DNA of 64,000 bases, taken from NCBI GenBank assembly GCA_900617105.1, contig UYFQ01000478.1:62001-126000 (forward strand), written 5' to 3'. The first letter of the stretch is position 1; each line of letters begins with the position of its first letter. Source of the stretch: Hydrurus foetidus (taxonomy: Eukaryota). A model generated the notes under the pieces. The model was not told the DNA's origin. It was given only the letters and a program-made list of their open reading frames with translations, and did not search any database. Positions 21,747 to 32,820 of this stretch are shown here, piece after piece. A program made the position numbers and the translations under genes.

Positions 21747-22624
21747 GCACTCCCGCCATCCGCACCGTCTGGCCTGCCAACCTGCAACTGGGCGAAGGCC
21801 CGATGTGGCACGCTGCCAGCCAGCGTTTCTATTTTGTCGATGTCCACGATAAGTCGCTGCACGCTTGGGACCCACAAAGCGACACACGCCAAAGCTGGGC
21901 CATGCCCGAGCGCATTGGCTGGCTGATCCCGCGCACCGACGGCGACGGCTTCATCGCCGGTCTGCAGTCTGGCTTTGTACGCATGTGGCTGGAGCCCAGC
22001 CTGCGCATCGAGCCCATGGGAACACCCCACCCAGGTGAGCCTCTGGTGCGCTTAAACGATGGCAAAGCCGACTGCCATGGCCGCATCTGGGCTGGCTCCA
22101 TGCACAACGACGACCCTGGCTTGCGCCAGGGCCGCTTGGCCCAGCTTGCGCCGTCAGGTGAAATTAGTGTGGTGGAACGTGACATCTACATCGCCAACGG
22201 CCCCGCCATCGCGCACGACGGCAGCTGGATGTTGCACACCGACTCGTTCCTGGACACCGTCTACCGCTATGGCCTCTCTCCCCAGGGAGGGCTGGCGGGC
22301 AAGACGGTGTGGAACAAGTTTGGTGGCGAAGACGGTACGCCCGATGGCATGACGCTGGACCGCGATGGCAATGTGTGGATGGCATTTTGGGGCGGCAGCT
22401 GCATACGGCAGTTCACGCCCCAAGGCAGCTTGCTGCGCACCATCCCCCTGCCCGCCACACAAATCACAAGTATGGCGTTTGGAGGCAAGAACCTGGACCT
22501 GCTGCTGGTGACCAGCGCCCGCGTGGGCCTGGACGACGCCACATTGGAACGCTACCCGCTGGCGGGCAGCATCTTTGTGCTGGAGCCCGGTGTGCAGGGC
22601 GTACTGCCCTGCACCTTTGGCTAA
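21737..22624 (+). CDS. SMP-30/gluconolactonase family sugar lactonase
   Basis: LGEGP, RLNDG, ANGP and PDGMTLD motifs. Confidence 0.9.
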   Translation: MDLSTPAIRTVWPANLQLGEGPMWHAASQRFYFVDVHDKSLHAWDPQSDTRQSWAMPERIGWLIPRTDGDGFIAGLQSGFVRMWLEPSLRIEPMGTPHPGEPLVRLNDGKADCHGRIWAGSMHNDDPGLRQGRLAQLAPSGEISVVERDIYIANGPAIAHDGSWMLHTDSFLDTVYRYGLSPQGGLAGKTVWNKFGGEDGTPDGMTLDRDGNVWMAFWGGSCIRQFTPQGSLLRTIPLPATQITSMAFGGKNLDLLLVTSARVGLDDATLERYPLAGSIFVLEPGVQGVLPCTFG

Positions 22625-22630
22625 CGAAAA

Positions 22631-23983
22631 CTACTCGCCGGCGCGCAAGCGCCGGCGGCTGTCGCGCGCGTTGGGCAACCAGCCGCGCCACAGCCAACGT
22701 GCAAGCAACAGCAGACCACGAATCCACTCATCAATGGCATAGGCCATCCAGATGCCCGGCAGGCCAAACAGACGGCCCAGCCAGAACGAGCCCACGCCCA
22801 GCACCAGTATCAGCGAGGCCACACTCGACGTGGCCGGGTAGATCACGTCGCCCGTGGCGCGCAAGGCGCCATTCAATATTAGGTTGAATACCCGGCCCGT
22901 CTCCAGAAACAGTGACAGCCAAAGTAGCGTCTGCGCCGCGTGGATCACTGCGGGGTCTTTGGTGAAGATGCGCATCAACCAGGGCGCACCCAGTGCCGCC
23001 AGAAACGCCATGGCGCCCGAGGCCAACAGCCCGTTGCGCACGGCTTTGCGCACCAGGCCATTGGCCACGCGCAGGTCGCCCGCGCCGACCAGGCGACCCA
23101 CCATGATTTCGCACGCCCAGCCAATCGCCATGCTGGTGAGCAGCACATACTTCAGGAGCTGCAGCGTATAGGAGTGGGTGGCCAATGCAGTTACCCCCAA
23201 GCGCGCAGTCGCGGCCAGCGACACCATGAAGGCCCCGCGGTACGCCACTTCCACCCCAGCGCCGGGCAGGCCAACGCGTAGCACGGGCCACAGGTCTTTC
23301 CAGACCGCCGACCACCAGTCGCGCCAGCGCGGCACCAGCTGCATGCGTACACGCCAAAACCAAAGGTGCATGACCAGCCCCAACGCCCGGCTGACCAGCA
23401 TGGCGATGGCATAGCCCTCCAGCCCCATGCCGTCCCACTCCCCCCAATCGCGCATTAGCAAAGCGGCCAGCAGCAAATGGCTGCTGTGCATCACGACCAT
23501 GACCTTGAGCGAATCGCGCGAGAACAGGTGGGCGCGCAGCACCGAGGCCATGCTGAGGTTGTAGGCCTCCAGCATCAGTGCTGGCGCAAACCACTGCAGG
23601 TAGGGCGCGGCCAGCACCACGATCTGGTCCGGCGCATTGAGCCAGTCCAGCACCAGGTCGTTGCCTGCCACCACGATGCTCACCACCAGCACCCCCGCCC
23701 AGGTGCTGGCGCCCAGCGCCAACAGGGCCGCACGCCGCGCCGACGCATGCTGCTTGCCGCCCAAATACTGGGTCACGGCCACGCCCAAGCCAATGGCCAG
23801 CACGCGGAACACGACAAACAGGGTTTCCAGAATCTGGTTCACCAAACCGAACGCCCCGGCCGCTGCGTCAGAGGTGTGCGAGGCCAGCCAAAGACCGCCC
23901 ATGGCCACCGTCATGCCCAGCAGAAACTCGCCCAGCAAAGGGCCTGCAATCATGTTGAGGCGAGGGCGGTCAGGCGCAGTCAT
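22631..23983 (-). CDS. MATE family transporter
   Basis: About 12 TM; ETGRVFN, LRATGD and DEWIRG motifs. Confidence 0.85.
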   Translation of the reverse strand: MTAPDRPRLNMIAGPLLGEFLLGMTVAMGGLWLASHTSDAAAGAFGLVNQILETLFVVFRVLAIGLGVAVTQYLGGKQHASARRAALLALGASTWAGVLVVSIVVAGNDLVLDWLNAPDQIVVLAAPYLQWFAPALMLEAYNLSMASVLRAHLFSRDSLKVMVVMHSSHLLLAALLMRDWGEWDGMGLEGYAIAMLVSRALGLVMHLWFWRVRMQLVPRWRDWWSAVWKDLWPVLRVGLPGAGVEVAYRGAFMVSLAATARLGVTALATHSYTLQLLKYVLLTSMAIGWACEIMVGRLVGAGDLRVANGLVRKAVRNGLLASGAMAFLAALGAPWLMRIFTKDPAVIHAAQTLLWLSLFLETGRVFNLILNGALRATGDVIYPATSSVASLILVLGVGSFWLGRLFGLPGIWMAYAIDEWIRGLLLLARWLWRGWLPNARDSRRRLRAGE

Positions 23984-23994
23984 GGCGACCGACC

Positions 23995-25713
23995 TTAGCG
24001 CAAAGCGTAGATCCGTGCTTCGAAAGGACGCAATGGGAAGCTGCGTGCGCTGTCTGCGGGGTCCCCTGCATAGTTGGCAATCAACAGCGCCTGCGTTTCA
24101 AACCCCAAAGGGGCCGGTAGCACAAAGTCCTGCTCACTGGCCGTGAAGTTGCAGACCACCAGCAGCGTGTCTGGGCCTAGCGTGCGGGTGTAAGCGTACA
24201 CCGCAGCATCGTCCGGCAGCAACAGCGCATAGCGTCCTTGTACCAACACCGGTGTGCTCTGGCGCAGAGCAATCAGGCGGCGGTAGTAGTGCCACACCGA
24301 GTCCCCATCCGCTTGGGCCTGCGCAGCATTCACCGTGGGGTAGTTTGGGTTGCTCTGAATCCAGGGCGTGCCATCGGTAAAGCCGCCGTGGGCCGAGGCA
24401 TCCCACTGCATGGGCGTGCGTGCGTTGTCACGGCCCTTGGCGTGGATGCGCGCCAGCACCTCAGCAGGCGACTCATGCCGATCCTGCACCGCCTCGCGGT
24501 ACATGTTCAGCGACTCGATATCGCGGTAGTCCTCGATGCGCGCAAAGCACACATTGGTCATGCCCAGTTCTTCGCCCTGGTAGACATAAGGTGTGCCCTG
24601 CAGACCATGCAAAAAGGTGGCGAGCATCTTGGCCGAGGCGACGCGGTGCACACCATCATCGCCCCAGCGCGATACCGGGCGTGGCTGGTCGTGGTTGCTC
24701 AGGTACAGGCTGTTCCAGCCGGTTTGCCACAAGGCATCTTGCCAGCGCGACATGCTGGCCTTCAGGTCGGTCAGCGCCAGTGGCTTGAGCGCCCACTTGC
24801 CACGGCCATCGCCAGGAATGGCATCGAGGTCCATGTGCTCGAACTGGAACAACATGTTCAGCGCACCGGTCTGCGCATTGGTGATGTCTATGCCCTGCTG
24901 CACGGTCGCCAGCGGTGCCTCGCCCACGGTGATCGTGTCGTAGCCGTCCAGTGCCTGTGCTTTCATTTCGCGCAGGAATTCCAGCAAGCGTGGGCCATTG
25001 GTCACCATGCCAAAGCTGGGCTGCAGATGCCCGCCGCGGATCACTGGCGCATCGGGCAGGCCGGCGGGTTTGGAGATCATGTTGATGACGTCCATGCGAA
25101 AGCCGTCCACGCCCTTGTCCAACCAGAAGCGCATCAAGGCATAGACCTCTTTCCGGACCTTGGGGTTCTCCCAATTCAGGTCGGGCTGCTTCTTGGAGAA
25201 CATGTGCAGGTAGTACTCACCCGTGGCCGGGTTGGGCTCCCACACTGAGCCGCTGAACGCGGCCTCCCAGTTGTTGGGCAGGCTGCCATCGGCGGGCATA
25301 TCGCGCCAGATGTAGTAGTCGTGGTACGGGTTGTCGCGGCTTTGGCGGGCCTGCTGAAACCAGAGGTGTTCGTCGGACGTGTGGTTGACCACCAAGTCCA
25401 TCATCAGCCGTATGCCGCGCGCGTGCATGCCCTGCAGCATGGCGTCGAAGTCGGCCATGGTGCCGAACTCGTCCATGATGGCGCGGTAGTCGCTGATGTC
25501 GTAGCCGTTGTCGTCGTTGGGCGAGCGGTAGACCGGCGAGAGCCAGATGACATCCACTCCCAGCGCCTGCAAGTAGTCCAGCTTGGAGGTGATGCCGGGC
25601 AGGTCGCCTATCCCGTCGCCATTGCTGTCGCAAAAGCTGCGCGGGTAAATCTGGTAGACCACCGACTGTTTCCAGTCGGTGTCAGGAGTATGCGTTGCAG
25701 AAGAGGCAGCCAT
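23995..25713 (-). CDS. GH13 oligo-1,6-glucosidase / alpha-glucosidase
   Basis: YQIYPRSF, DLVVNHTS, QPDLNW, GFRMDVI and NHD motifs. Confidence 0.92.
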   Translation of the reverse strand: MAASSATHTPDTDWKQSVVYQIYPRSFCDSNGDGIGDLPGITSKLDYLQALGVDVIWLSPVYRSPNDDNGYDISDYRAIMDEFGTMADFDAMLQGMHARGIRLMMDLVVNHTSDEHLWFQQARQSRDNPYHDYYIWRDMPADGSLPNNWEAAFSGSVWEPNPATGEYYLHMFSKKQPDLNWENPKVRKEVYALMRFWLDKGVDGFRMDVINMISKPAGLPDAPVIRGGHLQPSFGMVTNGPRLLEFLREMKAQALDGYDTITVGEAPLATVQQGIDITNAQTGALNMLFQFEHMDLDAIPGDGRGKWALKPLALTDLKASMSRWQDALWQTGWNSLYLSNHDQPRPVSRWGDDGVHRVASAKMLATFLHGLQGTPYVYQGEELGMTNVCFARIEDYRDIESLNMYREAVQDRHESPAEVLARIHAKGRDNARTPMQWDASAHGGFTDGTPWIQSNPNYPTVNAAQAQADGDSVWHYYRRLIALRQSTPVLVQGRYALLLPDDAAVYAYTRTLGPDTLLVVCNFTASEQDFVLPAPLGFETQALLIANYAGDPADSARSFPLRPFEARIYALR

Positions 25714-25728
25714 GGTGCGACCGCCGGG

Positions 25729-27381
25729 TCAACCCATGCGGTAGTAAGCCCCGCCCCAAGGCGCCAGCTGCAACATATTGCCTGCGCGGGGTGCGTTGGC
25801 CAGACCACTGCCTGCCAGCACCGTGGACGCGGTGTAGGTCGCAGGAATTTCCCACTGCGCTGCGGTGTCGCTGAAGTTGAACACACAGAGCACCTGCTGC
25901 CCTGCAAAGGCACGCACAAATGCCAGCACCTGCGGGTGCGCGGGCAACACGGTCAAGGTACCGCTGACCAGCGCGGGCTGGGTCTTGCGCCAGCGCAGCA
26001 GACCGCGGTAGAAGTTCAGCAGGGAGTCCGCATCCCGCTCCTGCACATCCACCGCCAGCGCACGGTGCGGTTCGATCACCGGCAACCAGGGAGCTGCAGG
26101 CTGGGCCGCGCTGGAGAAACCCAGGTCGGCCGAGTCTTTGACCCATGGGTGGGCGGTACGGCACCCGTCGCGGCCCTTGAACTCGGGCCACATGGTGATG
26201 CCGTAGGGATCTTGTAAATCCTCGAAGGCAATGTCGGCTTCGGGCAGGCCCAGCTCGTCACCCTGGTAAATACAGGGTGAACCGCGCAGGGTCATCTGCA
26301 ATGCAGCGCCCAAACGCAAGAGGTCGGGATGGGCGAGCTTGTCAACGCTGCCCCAGCGGCTGGCCACGCGCACCACGTCGTGGTTGGACAGCGCCCAGCA
26401 GGGCCATCCCCCCGGAGCCACCTCTTCAAAACGCTGCACAAAACTGCGGAAATGCGTTGCACTGTGGGCGGTGCCCAGCAGGTCAAAGCAGTAGGCCATG
26501 TGCAGCTTGTCGCCGCCGCTGGTGTACTCGGCCACGCGGGCCAGGCCATCGTCGTCGCCAATCTCTCCCACCATGGTGGTGTTGGGGTACTGGTCCAGCA
26601 GCGCACGCAGGCGGTGCAGAAAGGCCAGGTTCTCGGGCTGGCTCTTGTCGTGCTTGTGCCATTGCCAGCCGTAGGGGTTCACGGCATTGACGGCCGGGTC
26701 TTCACCATCGGGGCGGCCGCGGGGAGGGTTGCTGCGCAGCTGCGCATCGTGGAAATAGAAGTTGGCGGTGTCCAGTCGGTAGCCGTCCACGCCCAAGTCC
26801 AGCCAGAACTTCACTGTATCCAGCAAGGCGTTTTGCACGTCGGGGCTGTGGAAGTTCAGGTCCGGCTGGCTGGTCAGGAAGTTGTGCATGTAGTACTGGC
26901 AGCGGCGCGTATCCCACTGCCAAGCGCTACCGCCAAAAATCGACAGCCAGTTGTTGGGCGGCGTGCCATCGCTCTGGGCATCAGCCCACACATACCAGTC
27001 GGCCTTGGGGTTGTTGAGGCTGGAGCGGCTCTCGACAAACCAGGGGTGTTGGTCCGAGCTGTGTGACAGCACCTGGTCGATCATGACCTTCAAGCCCAGT
27101 GCATGGGCACGGTCCACCAGCTTGCGGAAATCAGCCACTGTGCCGAACATGGGGTCCACGTCGCAGTAGTCGCTGACGTCGTAGCCAAAGTCCTTCATCG
27201 GACTCTTGAAGAAGGGCGAGAGCCAGATGCCATCCGCGCCCAGTGCGGCCACATAGTCCAGCTTGGCGGTGATGCCGTCCAGGTCACCAATGCCATCACC
27301 ATTGCTGTCGGCAAAACTGCGGGGGTAAATTTGGTAAATGACGCCGCCGCGCCACCAGTTGTCGTTCGATGCTTTGGTCAT
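25729..27381 (-). CDS. aglA: GH13 alpha-glucosidase (AglA-like)
   Basis: WWRGGVIYQIYPRSF, GYRLDTANFYFHD and GRDGCRT. Confidence 0.88.
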   Translation of the reverse strand: MTKASNDNWWRGGVIYQIYPRSFADSNGDGIGDLDGITAKLDYVAALGADGIWLSPFFKSPMKDFGYDVSDYCDVDPMFGTVADFRKLVDRAHALGLKVMIDQVLSHSSDQHPWFVESRSSLNNPKADWYVWADAQSDGTPPNNWLSIFGGSAWQWDTRRCQYYMHNFLTSQPDLNFHSPDVQNALLDTVKFWLDLGVDGYRLDTANFYFHDAQLRSNPPRGRPDGEDPAVNAVNPYGWQWHKHDKSQPENLAFLHRLRALLDQYPNTTMVGEIGDDDGLARVAEYTSGGDKLHMAYCFDLLGTAHSATHFRSFVQRFEEVAPGGWPCWALSNHDVVRVASRWGSVDKLAHPDLLRLGAALQMTLRGSPCIYQGDELGLPEADIAFEDLQDPYGITMWPEFKGRDGCRTAHPWVKDSADLGFSSAAQPAAPWLPVIEPHRALAVDVQERDADSLLNFYRGLLRWRKTQPALVSGTLTVLPAHPQVLAFVRAFAGQQVLCVFNFSDTAAQWEIPATYTASTVLAGSGLANAPRAGNMLQLAPWGGAYYRMG

Positions 27382-27410
27382 ACAGAGAGAAAGGGAAGAG
27401 GAAAGAATTG

Positions 27411-28583
27411 TTATTTGACGGAACCGGACAACAGGCCGCGCACAAAGAAGCGCTGCAGCGAGAAAAACACCGCCACCGGCACCGCAATCGACACAAAGGC
27501 GCTGGCCGTGAGTATCTCCCAGCTCTCGCCGCGCGAGCCCAGCAGGTCATTGAGCTTGATGGTCAACACAATCTGGTCGGGCGCCTTGCCCAGGAACACC
27601 AGTGCGATCAGAAAATCGTTCCACACCCAGAGGAACTGGAAGATCGCAAAGCTGGCCAATGCCGGAATCGACAGTGGCAGCACGATGCCCAGGAAAATCT
27701 GGAAGTGCGAGGCACCGTCCATGCGCGCGCTCTCGATGATGTCGCGTGGCAGCGAAGCGATGTAGTTGCGCAGCAGGTAAATAGCCAGCGGCAGGCCAAA
27801 GGCCGAGTGCGCCAACCACACCCCCATGTACGACTTGCTCTCCACCCCCAGCGCCTCACCCATTTGGTTGTACAGACGCAGCAACGGAATCAATGACATT
27901 TGCAGTGGAACCACCAGCAAGCCCACCACGACCACGAACAGCCACTTGCGCCCGGGAAACTCCATCCAGCTGAAGGCATAGGCCGCAAAGGCCGCGATCA
28001 GGATGGGGATGAAGGTTGCCGGAATCGTGACCTTGAAGGTGTTGAGGAAGGCTTGGCCCACGCCTTCAGAAGCAACCACTTTTTCGTAGTTCTGCGTCAA
28101 AAACACCGGAGGCGACTCGGCCACGTAGAACACACGCACACCGCGGTCTTTGTCGTAGTTCTGGTTCAGCTCCAGGCGGTAGCTGCCATCGGCTTGCACC
28201 GTCAGCGTGCCATCGGGTTGGCCGTCTTCTTCGTCAAACACCTGGCCGTCTGCCACCTCTGCGGCGGTACCCACCGCAAACTCTCCTGGGCTGGATGACT
28301 TGAGCGAGAATTTCTTGATCTTGATACCCGACTGCTCGGGGAACAGGCGTCCGCTGATCACATAGCGATCGCCTTCCTTGACCAGGCTTTGTGCACCTGC
28401 AGTGCGGCGCATGTCGGCACGGGTTTGGGTGGACAGGGCCGTCCACCAGCCGCTGGAGGCCAACTGCTGCTTTTCACGGAAGCTGGACACCAACAAGCCG
28501 AAGGTGGGCAGCACCCACAGCACCACGATGACCAGCAGCAAGAGCTGAGCAGCAATCGAGGGAAAGCTGAAGTATTTTTTCAT
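27411..28583 (-). CDS. aglG: Carbohydrate ABC permease (AglG-like)
   Basis: EAA loop [11 protein letters not shown] and FQFLWVWND. Confidence 0.85.
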   Translation of the reverse strand: MKKYFSFPSIAAQLLLLVIVVLWVLPTFGLLVSSFREKQQLASSGWWTALSTQTRADMRRTAGAQSLVKEGDRYVISGRLFPEQSGIKIKKFSLKSSSPGEFAVGTAAEVADGQVFDEEDGQPDGTLTVQADGSYRLELNQNYDKDRGVRVFYVAESPPVFLTQNYEKVVASEGVGQAFLNTFKVTIPATFIPILIAAFAAYAFSWMEFPGRKWLFVVVVGLLVVPLQMSLIPLLRLYNQMGEALGVESKSYMGVWLAHSAFGLPLAIYLLRNYIASLPRDIIESARMDGASHFQIFLGIVLPLSIPALASFAIFQFLWVWNDFLIALVFLGKAPDQIVLTIKLNDLLGSRGESWEILTASAFVSIAVPVAVFFSLQRFFVRGLLSGSVK

Positions 28584-29584
28584 CGCTGGGCCTCCTCGGT
28601 CCGGAACCGGCGGATATTGAACGCCATGACAGGCACCACCGCAAACATCAGCACCATGGCCAGCGTAGAGCTGCGCCCGTAGTCGCCACCGCCGCGGAAC
28701 ATCCAGTCGTACATCAGGTTGGCCAGCACGCTGGTGTCCCACTGGCCACCGGTCATGGCCATCACGATGTCAAACACCTTGAGCACGGTGATGGTGATGG
28801 TGGTCCACACCACGAGGATGGTGGACATAACCTGGGGCACCATGATTTCAAAGAATATCTGCAGCTCGCTGGCACCGTCGATGCGGGCGGCTTCAATCGT
28901 TTCGTTGGGCACACCGCGCAGCGCTGCCGACAAGATCACCATGGCAAAGCCGGTCTGGATCCAGATCAGGATGGCCATGAGGAAGAGGTTGTTCCAGAAC
29001 GGCACGGTAACCCAGGCCTGCGGCTGGCCGCCCAGCCCCACGACGATGGCGTTCAGGATGCCGATCTGGTCAGACTCCGGGCCACGGAAGTCGTAGACAA
29101 ACTTCCAGATCACACTGGCACCCACAAAACTGATGGCCATGGGCATGAACACCATGGACTTGGCAAAGCCACCCCACCACACGCGGTCGGCCAGCACGGC
29201 CACGATCAAGCCCAGGCCTGTGGCGGCAGCAGGCACCACCACCAGCCACAAAAAGTTGTTGCGGATGGTGAGCAGAAAATTCTGGTCTACCAACACCCAT
29301 TGGTAGTTGGCCAGGCCGACGAATTGTTCGCCGGTGGCATCGAAAAAGCTGAGACGAAAGGTCTCGACCAGCGGGTACAGCAGATAAGTGCCGAGTAGCA
29401 GCAACGCGGGGGCCAAAAACAGCCAGGGCTGCACGCTGGAACGCACCCGCTCGCGCTGGTGCTTTTGCCCCAGTGGCAGATGCACTATTTTGTCCAACAG
29501 AAAGTTGGAGCCAGCGAAGTACAGCAGGCAAAACGCAATGCTGACCACCACCGCAGTGAGGGTCTGGAGGATTTGATCGGTCAT
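28580..29584 (-). CDS. aglF: Carbohydrate ABC permease (AglF-like)
   Basis: [10 protein letters not shown] and PMAISFVGA. Confidence 0.85.
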   Translation of the reverse strand: MTDQILQTLTAVVVSIAFCLLYFAGSNFLLDKIVHLPLGQKHQRERVRSSVQPWLFLAPALLLLGTYLLYPLVETFRLSFFDATGEQFVGLANYQWVLVDQNFLLTIRNNFLWLVVVPAAATGLGLIVAVLADRVWWGGFAKSMVFMPMAISFVGASVIWKFVYDFRGPESDQIGILNAIVVGLGGQPQAWVTVPFWNNLFLMAILIWIQTGFAMVILSAALRGVPNETIEAARIDGASELQIFFEIMVPQVMSTILVVWTTITITVLKVFDIVMAMTGGQWDTSVLANLMYDWMFRGGGDYGRSSTLAMVLMFAVVPVMAFNIRRFRTEEAQR

Positions 29585-29687
29585 GGGCCCCACTCTTGTG
29601 CGTAGCGTGAAGAAGGTTTCAAAAGGGCCGGCAGCGCGGAGCTGCCGGCCTGAAGACGCGCCACCAGGGCCACGTCAGGGGACAGGA

Positions 29688-30998
29688 TTACTTGATCGCG
29701 TCCCAGCTCTTCTGGATTTCGTCCGCCACCTGCTGGGCAGTTTGGCCACCCGAGTAGTTGACCATGCCCTTCCAGAAGCTGCCAGCACCCACGGCGCCAG
29801 GCATCAGGTCGGATCCGTCAAAGCGGAAGGTCGTGGCGTTGAGCAAAATCTCGCCTTGCTTCTTCTGGGCCTTGGTCTTGTACTTGCCCAGATCCACACC
29901 CTTGTGCGGTGTTAGGAAGCCGGGGCCGTCCGCCATCCAGATTTCATGCGCTTGGGGGCTTTGCATGTAATCCATGAAGGCGTGGGCGGCCTTGCTGTCC
30001 TTGGTGATGGTCAGGATCGTGCCGCCACCCAGAACCGGGTTGCCCAGCTTCTTGCTGGCAAACGAGGGGAAGTAGAAGAAGTCAGCGTCATCGGCCTTGC
30101 CTTCGGGGAAGAAAGCAGGAATGAACGACGCCTGGCGGTGCATGTAGCACTTGGGTGGCGAGCCGAACAGACCCTTGGGGCTGTCCTTGAAGCTCACGGT
30201 GGCCACGGCTTTGGCGCCGCCGTCGACATAGGCGTCGTTCTTGGCAAACCAGCCGTAGGCTTCGATGGCTTCGACCACGCGCTTGTCATTGAACTTCACG
30301 GTGTTGTTCACCCAACCGTCATACACCTCTGGCGTTTGCGTGCGCAGCATGAAGTCTTCCACCCAGTCGGTGGCAGGCCAGCCGGTTGCCGCATCCGAAC
30401 CCAGGCCGATACACCAGGCTTTGCCACCGTCGGCAGCGATTTTTTTGGTCAAATCCTGCAGGGCTTCCATGGTCTTGGGCACTTTGTAGCCCTTTTCCTT
30501 GAAGTTCTCAGGGATGTACCAAACCAGGCTCTTCACGTTCACGTTGTAGAACAGGCCGTAGAACTCTTTTTTGCCAGCCTTGCTAGCGTAGGTGCCCAGG
30601 TCCGCCCAGGAGGAGCCGGCAGCGTAGTTTTTCTTCACCCATTCTTTGGACTTTTCGCCCAAGGGAACCAAGCCACCGATGGCGGCCATGTTGGCAGCCA
30701 GACCGGGCTGGGGGAACACCGAGATGTTGGACGGCGAGCCGGCCTTGATATCGATCACGATTTGTTGTTCGGAGCTTTGTGAGCAGGCGTGCTTCACGGT
30801 CGCGCCGGTGGCTTTTTCAAAGCCGTCAATCACCTTCTGGAACGACACTTCTTCAGCGCCGGTCCAGGGGCAAGTGATGGTGACCACTTCACCCTTCAAA
30901 TTCGGACCTTTGTAGTCCGCGGCGGCCATAGCCGGGCTGACCAAAGTCCCCAGTACCAGAGCAGACGCTCCGGCGATTACGGTTTTCTTAAACATCAT
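29688..30998 (-). CDS. aglE: Alpha-glucoside ABC substrate-binding protein (AglE-like)
   Basis: Signal peptide, PQPGL, GWPATDWVED and FDGSDLMPGAVG. Confidence 0.85.
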   Translation of the reverse strand: MMFKKTVIAGASALVLGTLVSPAMAAADYKGPNLKGEVVTITCPWTGAEEVSFQKVIDGFEKATGATVKHACSQSSEQQIVIDIKAGSPSNISVFPQPGLAANMAAIGGLVPLGEKSKEWVKKNYAAGSSWADLGTYASKAGKKEFYGLFYNVNVKSLVWYIPENFKEKGYKVPKTMEALQDLTKKIAADGGKAWCIGLGSDAATGWPATDWVEDFMLRTQTPEVYDGWVNNTVKFNDKRVVEAIEAYGWFAKNDAYVDGGAKAVATVSFKDSPKGLFGSPPKCYMHRQASFIPAFFPEGKADDADFFYFPSFASKKLGNPVLGGGTILTITKDSKAAHAFMDYMQSPQAHEIWMADGPGFLTPHKGVDLGKYKTKAQKKQGEILLNATTFRFDGSDLMPGAVGAGSFWKGMVNYSGGQTAQQVADEIQKSWDAIK

Positions 30999-31063
30999 CT
31001 CTTCTCCTCTTGGTGCACCACGGCCCATCCGCGGTGCTTAAAAAAATCAGGGTAGGCAGGGCG

Positions 31064-32068
31064 TCAGTCGACGCGCCGGCCCTCGGCGTTGAAGCGGTAC
31101 AGGTGCTCGGGCAAAAAGCCCAGCTCGATGGCCTTGCCGGGCTCCAGCGCCAGCGTGCCGTCCATGCGGGCGGTGATGTCGCCATAGGCGCCGGCAGTGA
31201 CGTAGGCAAAGGTTTCATTGCCCAGCTGCTCGGAATGCTTGAGCGTGCCCTGGATGGGGCCGCCGGCCTGCACCTTCAGGTGCTCGGGGCGCAGGCCCAC
31301 GGTGGCCACGTTGTGGCGTGCGGCGAACTCGCCGCCTATCAGGTTCATCTGCGGCGAGCCGATGAAGCTGGCCACAAACACGCTGGCGGGCTTGTTGTAC
31401 AGCTCCAGCGGGCGGCCGACCTGCTCAACCTTGCCCTTGTTCAGCACCACAATCTTGTCAGCCAGCGTCATGGCCTCGACCTGGTCGTGCGTCACATACA
31501 CCATCGTGGCGCCCAGCCGGCGGTGCAGCGTGGCCAGCTCGACCCGCATCTTGGTGCGCAGGGCAGCGTCCAGATTCGACAGGGGCTCGTCAAACAAAAA
31601 CACCTTGGGGTCCCGCACGATGGCGCGGCCAATCGCCACACGCTGGCGCTGACCGCCCGACAGGGCCTTGGGCAGGCGGCCCAGGTACTCGGTAAGTTGC
31701 AGAATCTCGGAGGCTTCGCGCACCCGGCGTTCGATCTCAGCCTTGGGGGTTTTTGCAATCTTCAGGGCGAAGGCCATGTTGTCGTACACGGTCTTGTGGG
31801 GATATAGCGCGTAGCTCTGGAACACCATGGCCACACCGCGCTCGGACGGGCCCAGGTCGTTCACGCGCACGCCGCCGATGTTCAGTTCACCGCTGGAGAT
31901 TTCTTCCAGGCCCGCAATCATGCGCAGCAACGTGGTTTTGCCGCAGCCCGAAGGCCCCACAAACACGGTGAACTCGCCGGGCTCGATGTCCAAATCGATG
32001 CCATGGATGACATCCGTTTTGCCGTAGTTTTTAACGATTCCGCGCAAACGGACATCGGACTGACTCAT
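31064..32068 (-). CDS. aglK: Sugar ABC ATP-binding protein (AglK/MalK-like)
   Basis: [17 protein letters not shown] and DEPLSNLD. Confidence 0.9.
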   Translation of the reverse strand: MSQSDVRLRGIVKNYGKTDVIHGIDLDIEPGEFTVFVGPSGCGKTTLLRMIAGLEEISSGELNIGGVRVNDLGPSERGVAMVFQSYALYPHKTVYDNMAFALKIAKTPKAEIERRVREASEILQLTEYLGRLPKALSGGQRQRVAIGRAIVRDPKVFLFDEPLSNLDAALRTKMRVELATLHRRLGATMVYVTHDQVEAMTLADKIVVLNKGKVEQVGRPLELYNKPASVFVASFIGSPQMNLIGGEFAARHNVATVGLRPEHLKVQAGGPIQGTLKHSEQLGNETFAYVTAGAYGDITARMDGTLALEPGKAIELGFLPEHLYRFNAEGRRVD

Positions 32069-32116
32069 ATGCATGCTCCTTACGGTTGACCTGCGGCGCC
32101 TCGCCACGCAGCAAAA

Positions 32117-32131
32117 TGTAACCATATTACA
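32117..32131. promoter_or_regulatory. HexR-type operator candidate TGTAAC-CAT-ATTACA
   Basis: Palindrome ~50 bp upstream of the aglK start. Confidence 0.5.
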
Positions 32132-32243
32132 AACATATTTCGTCAGGGGAAACCCTTGAAAATCCCGCTTTCCCTCAATTTTCAAAACCGATTTTGTACA
32201 ACGAAGCGTTCGAGGCACCTGTCAATACAGTCTTCCAGGTACT

Positions 32244-32258
32244 TGTAACAAAGTTACA
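32244..32258. promoter_or_regulatory. HexR-type operator candidate TGTAAC-AAA-GTTACA
   Basis: Perfect palindrome in the same AT-rich intergenic region. Confidence 0.5.
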
Positions 32259-32264
32259 AACAAA

Positions 32265-32588
32265 TTACCGACTTTCGGTAACCCAGAGGGGCAAGGCCCA
32301 GTCCAGCAACTCGGCCAGGCGGCTGACCACCCACTGCGCTTCGGCCGGAGTCACCACCGCCGCTTCGCCCACCAAACCCTGGTGGCAGCGCGTGAGCACG
32401 TCTCCTTCGGCCAGCCCCAGGCCGAACTCCATGTCGCGTGCCGTAGCCGTCAGCAGGTTGGCCAGGTCTTCGCACAGCTCGTAGCGCTGGGCCACCTCTT
32501 GCCATGGGGTGTGCAAACGGTTGCGGCGGGTGTCGGTGTAGAGCGCCAGAAAGCTCTGGGGGATGTCGATTTGGTAGTCGTCGGACAT
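32265..32588 (-). CDS. Conserved-looking hypothetical protein (107 aa)
   Basis: ORF MSDDYQIDIPQSF..RYELCEDLA..EAQWVVSRLAELLDW with host-like codon usage. Confidence 0.7.
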   Translation of the reverse strand: MSDDYQIDIPQSFLALYTDTRRNRLHTPWQEVAQRYELCEDLANLLTATARDMEFGLGLAEGDVLTRCHQGLVGEAAVVTPAEAQWVVSRLAELLDWALPLWVTESR

Positions 32589-32619
32589 ATAGGGGGGGAT
32601 ATTTTGGGCGGGGTGGTGA

Positions 32620-32818
32620 AAGGGGGTCGGCGCAGCTGGCGCTGCACGTGCAGCAGCAAGCCGTCGCAGGCAAAAGGTCGTAGCCACGCCGGGCAGCGTG
32701 GGTTTGGGAACGTGGGTCTGGTGCCTCACCAGGGTGGTAGTTGGTGGGTGCCGGCCGAGCCCACCAGCACGCGGTCTTGCCAGCCGCGCTGCTCCACCTT
32801 GTGGCGCATCACGCCCCT
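32620..32818 (-). pseudogene. Low-molecular-weight protein tyrosine phosphatase remnant
   Basis: GVMRHKV..V(G)SAGTH, then YHPGEAPDPRSQTHAARRGYDL after a frameshift; catalytic CxGNxCRS is missing. Confidence 0.6.
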
Positions 32819-32820
32819 GT

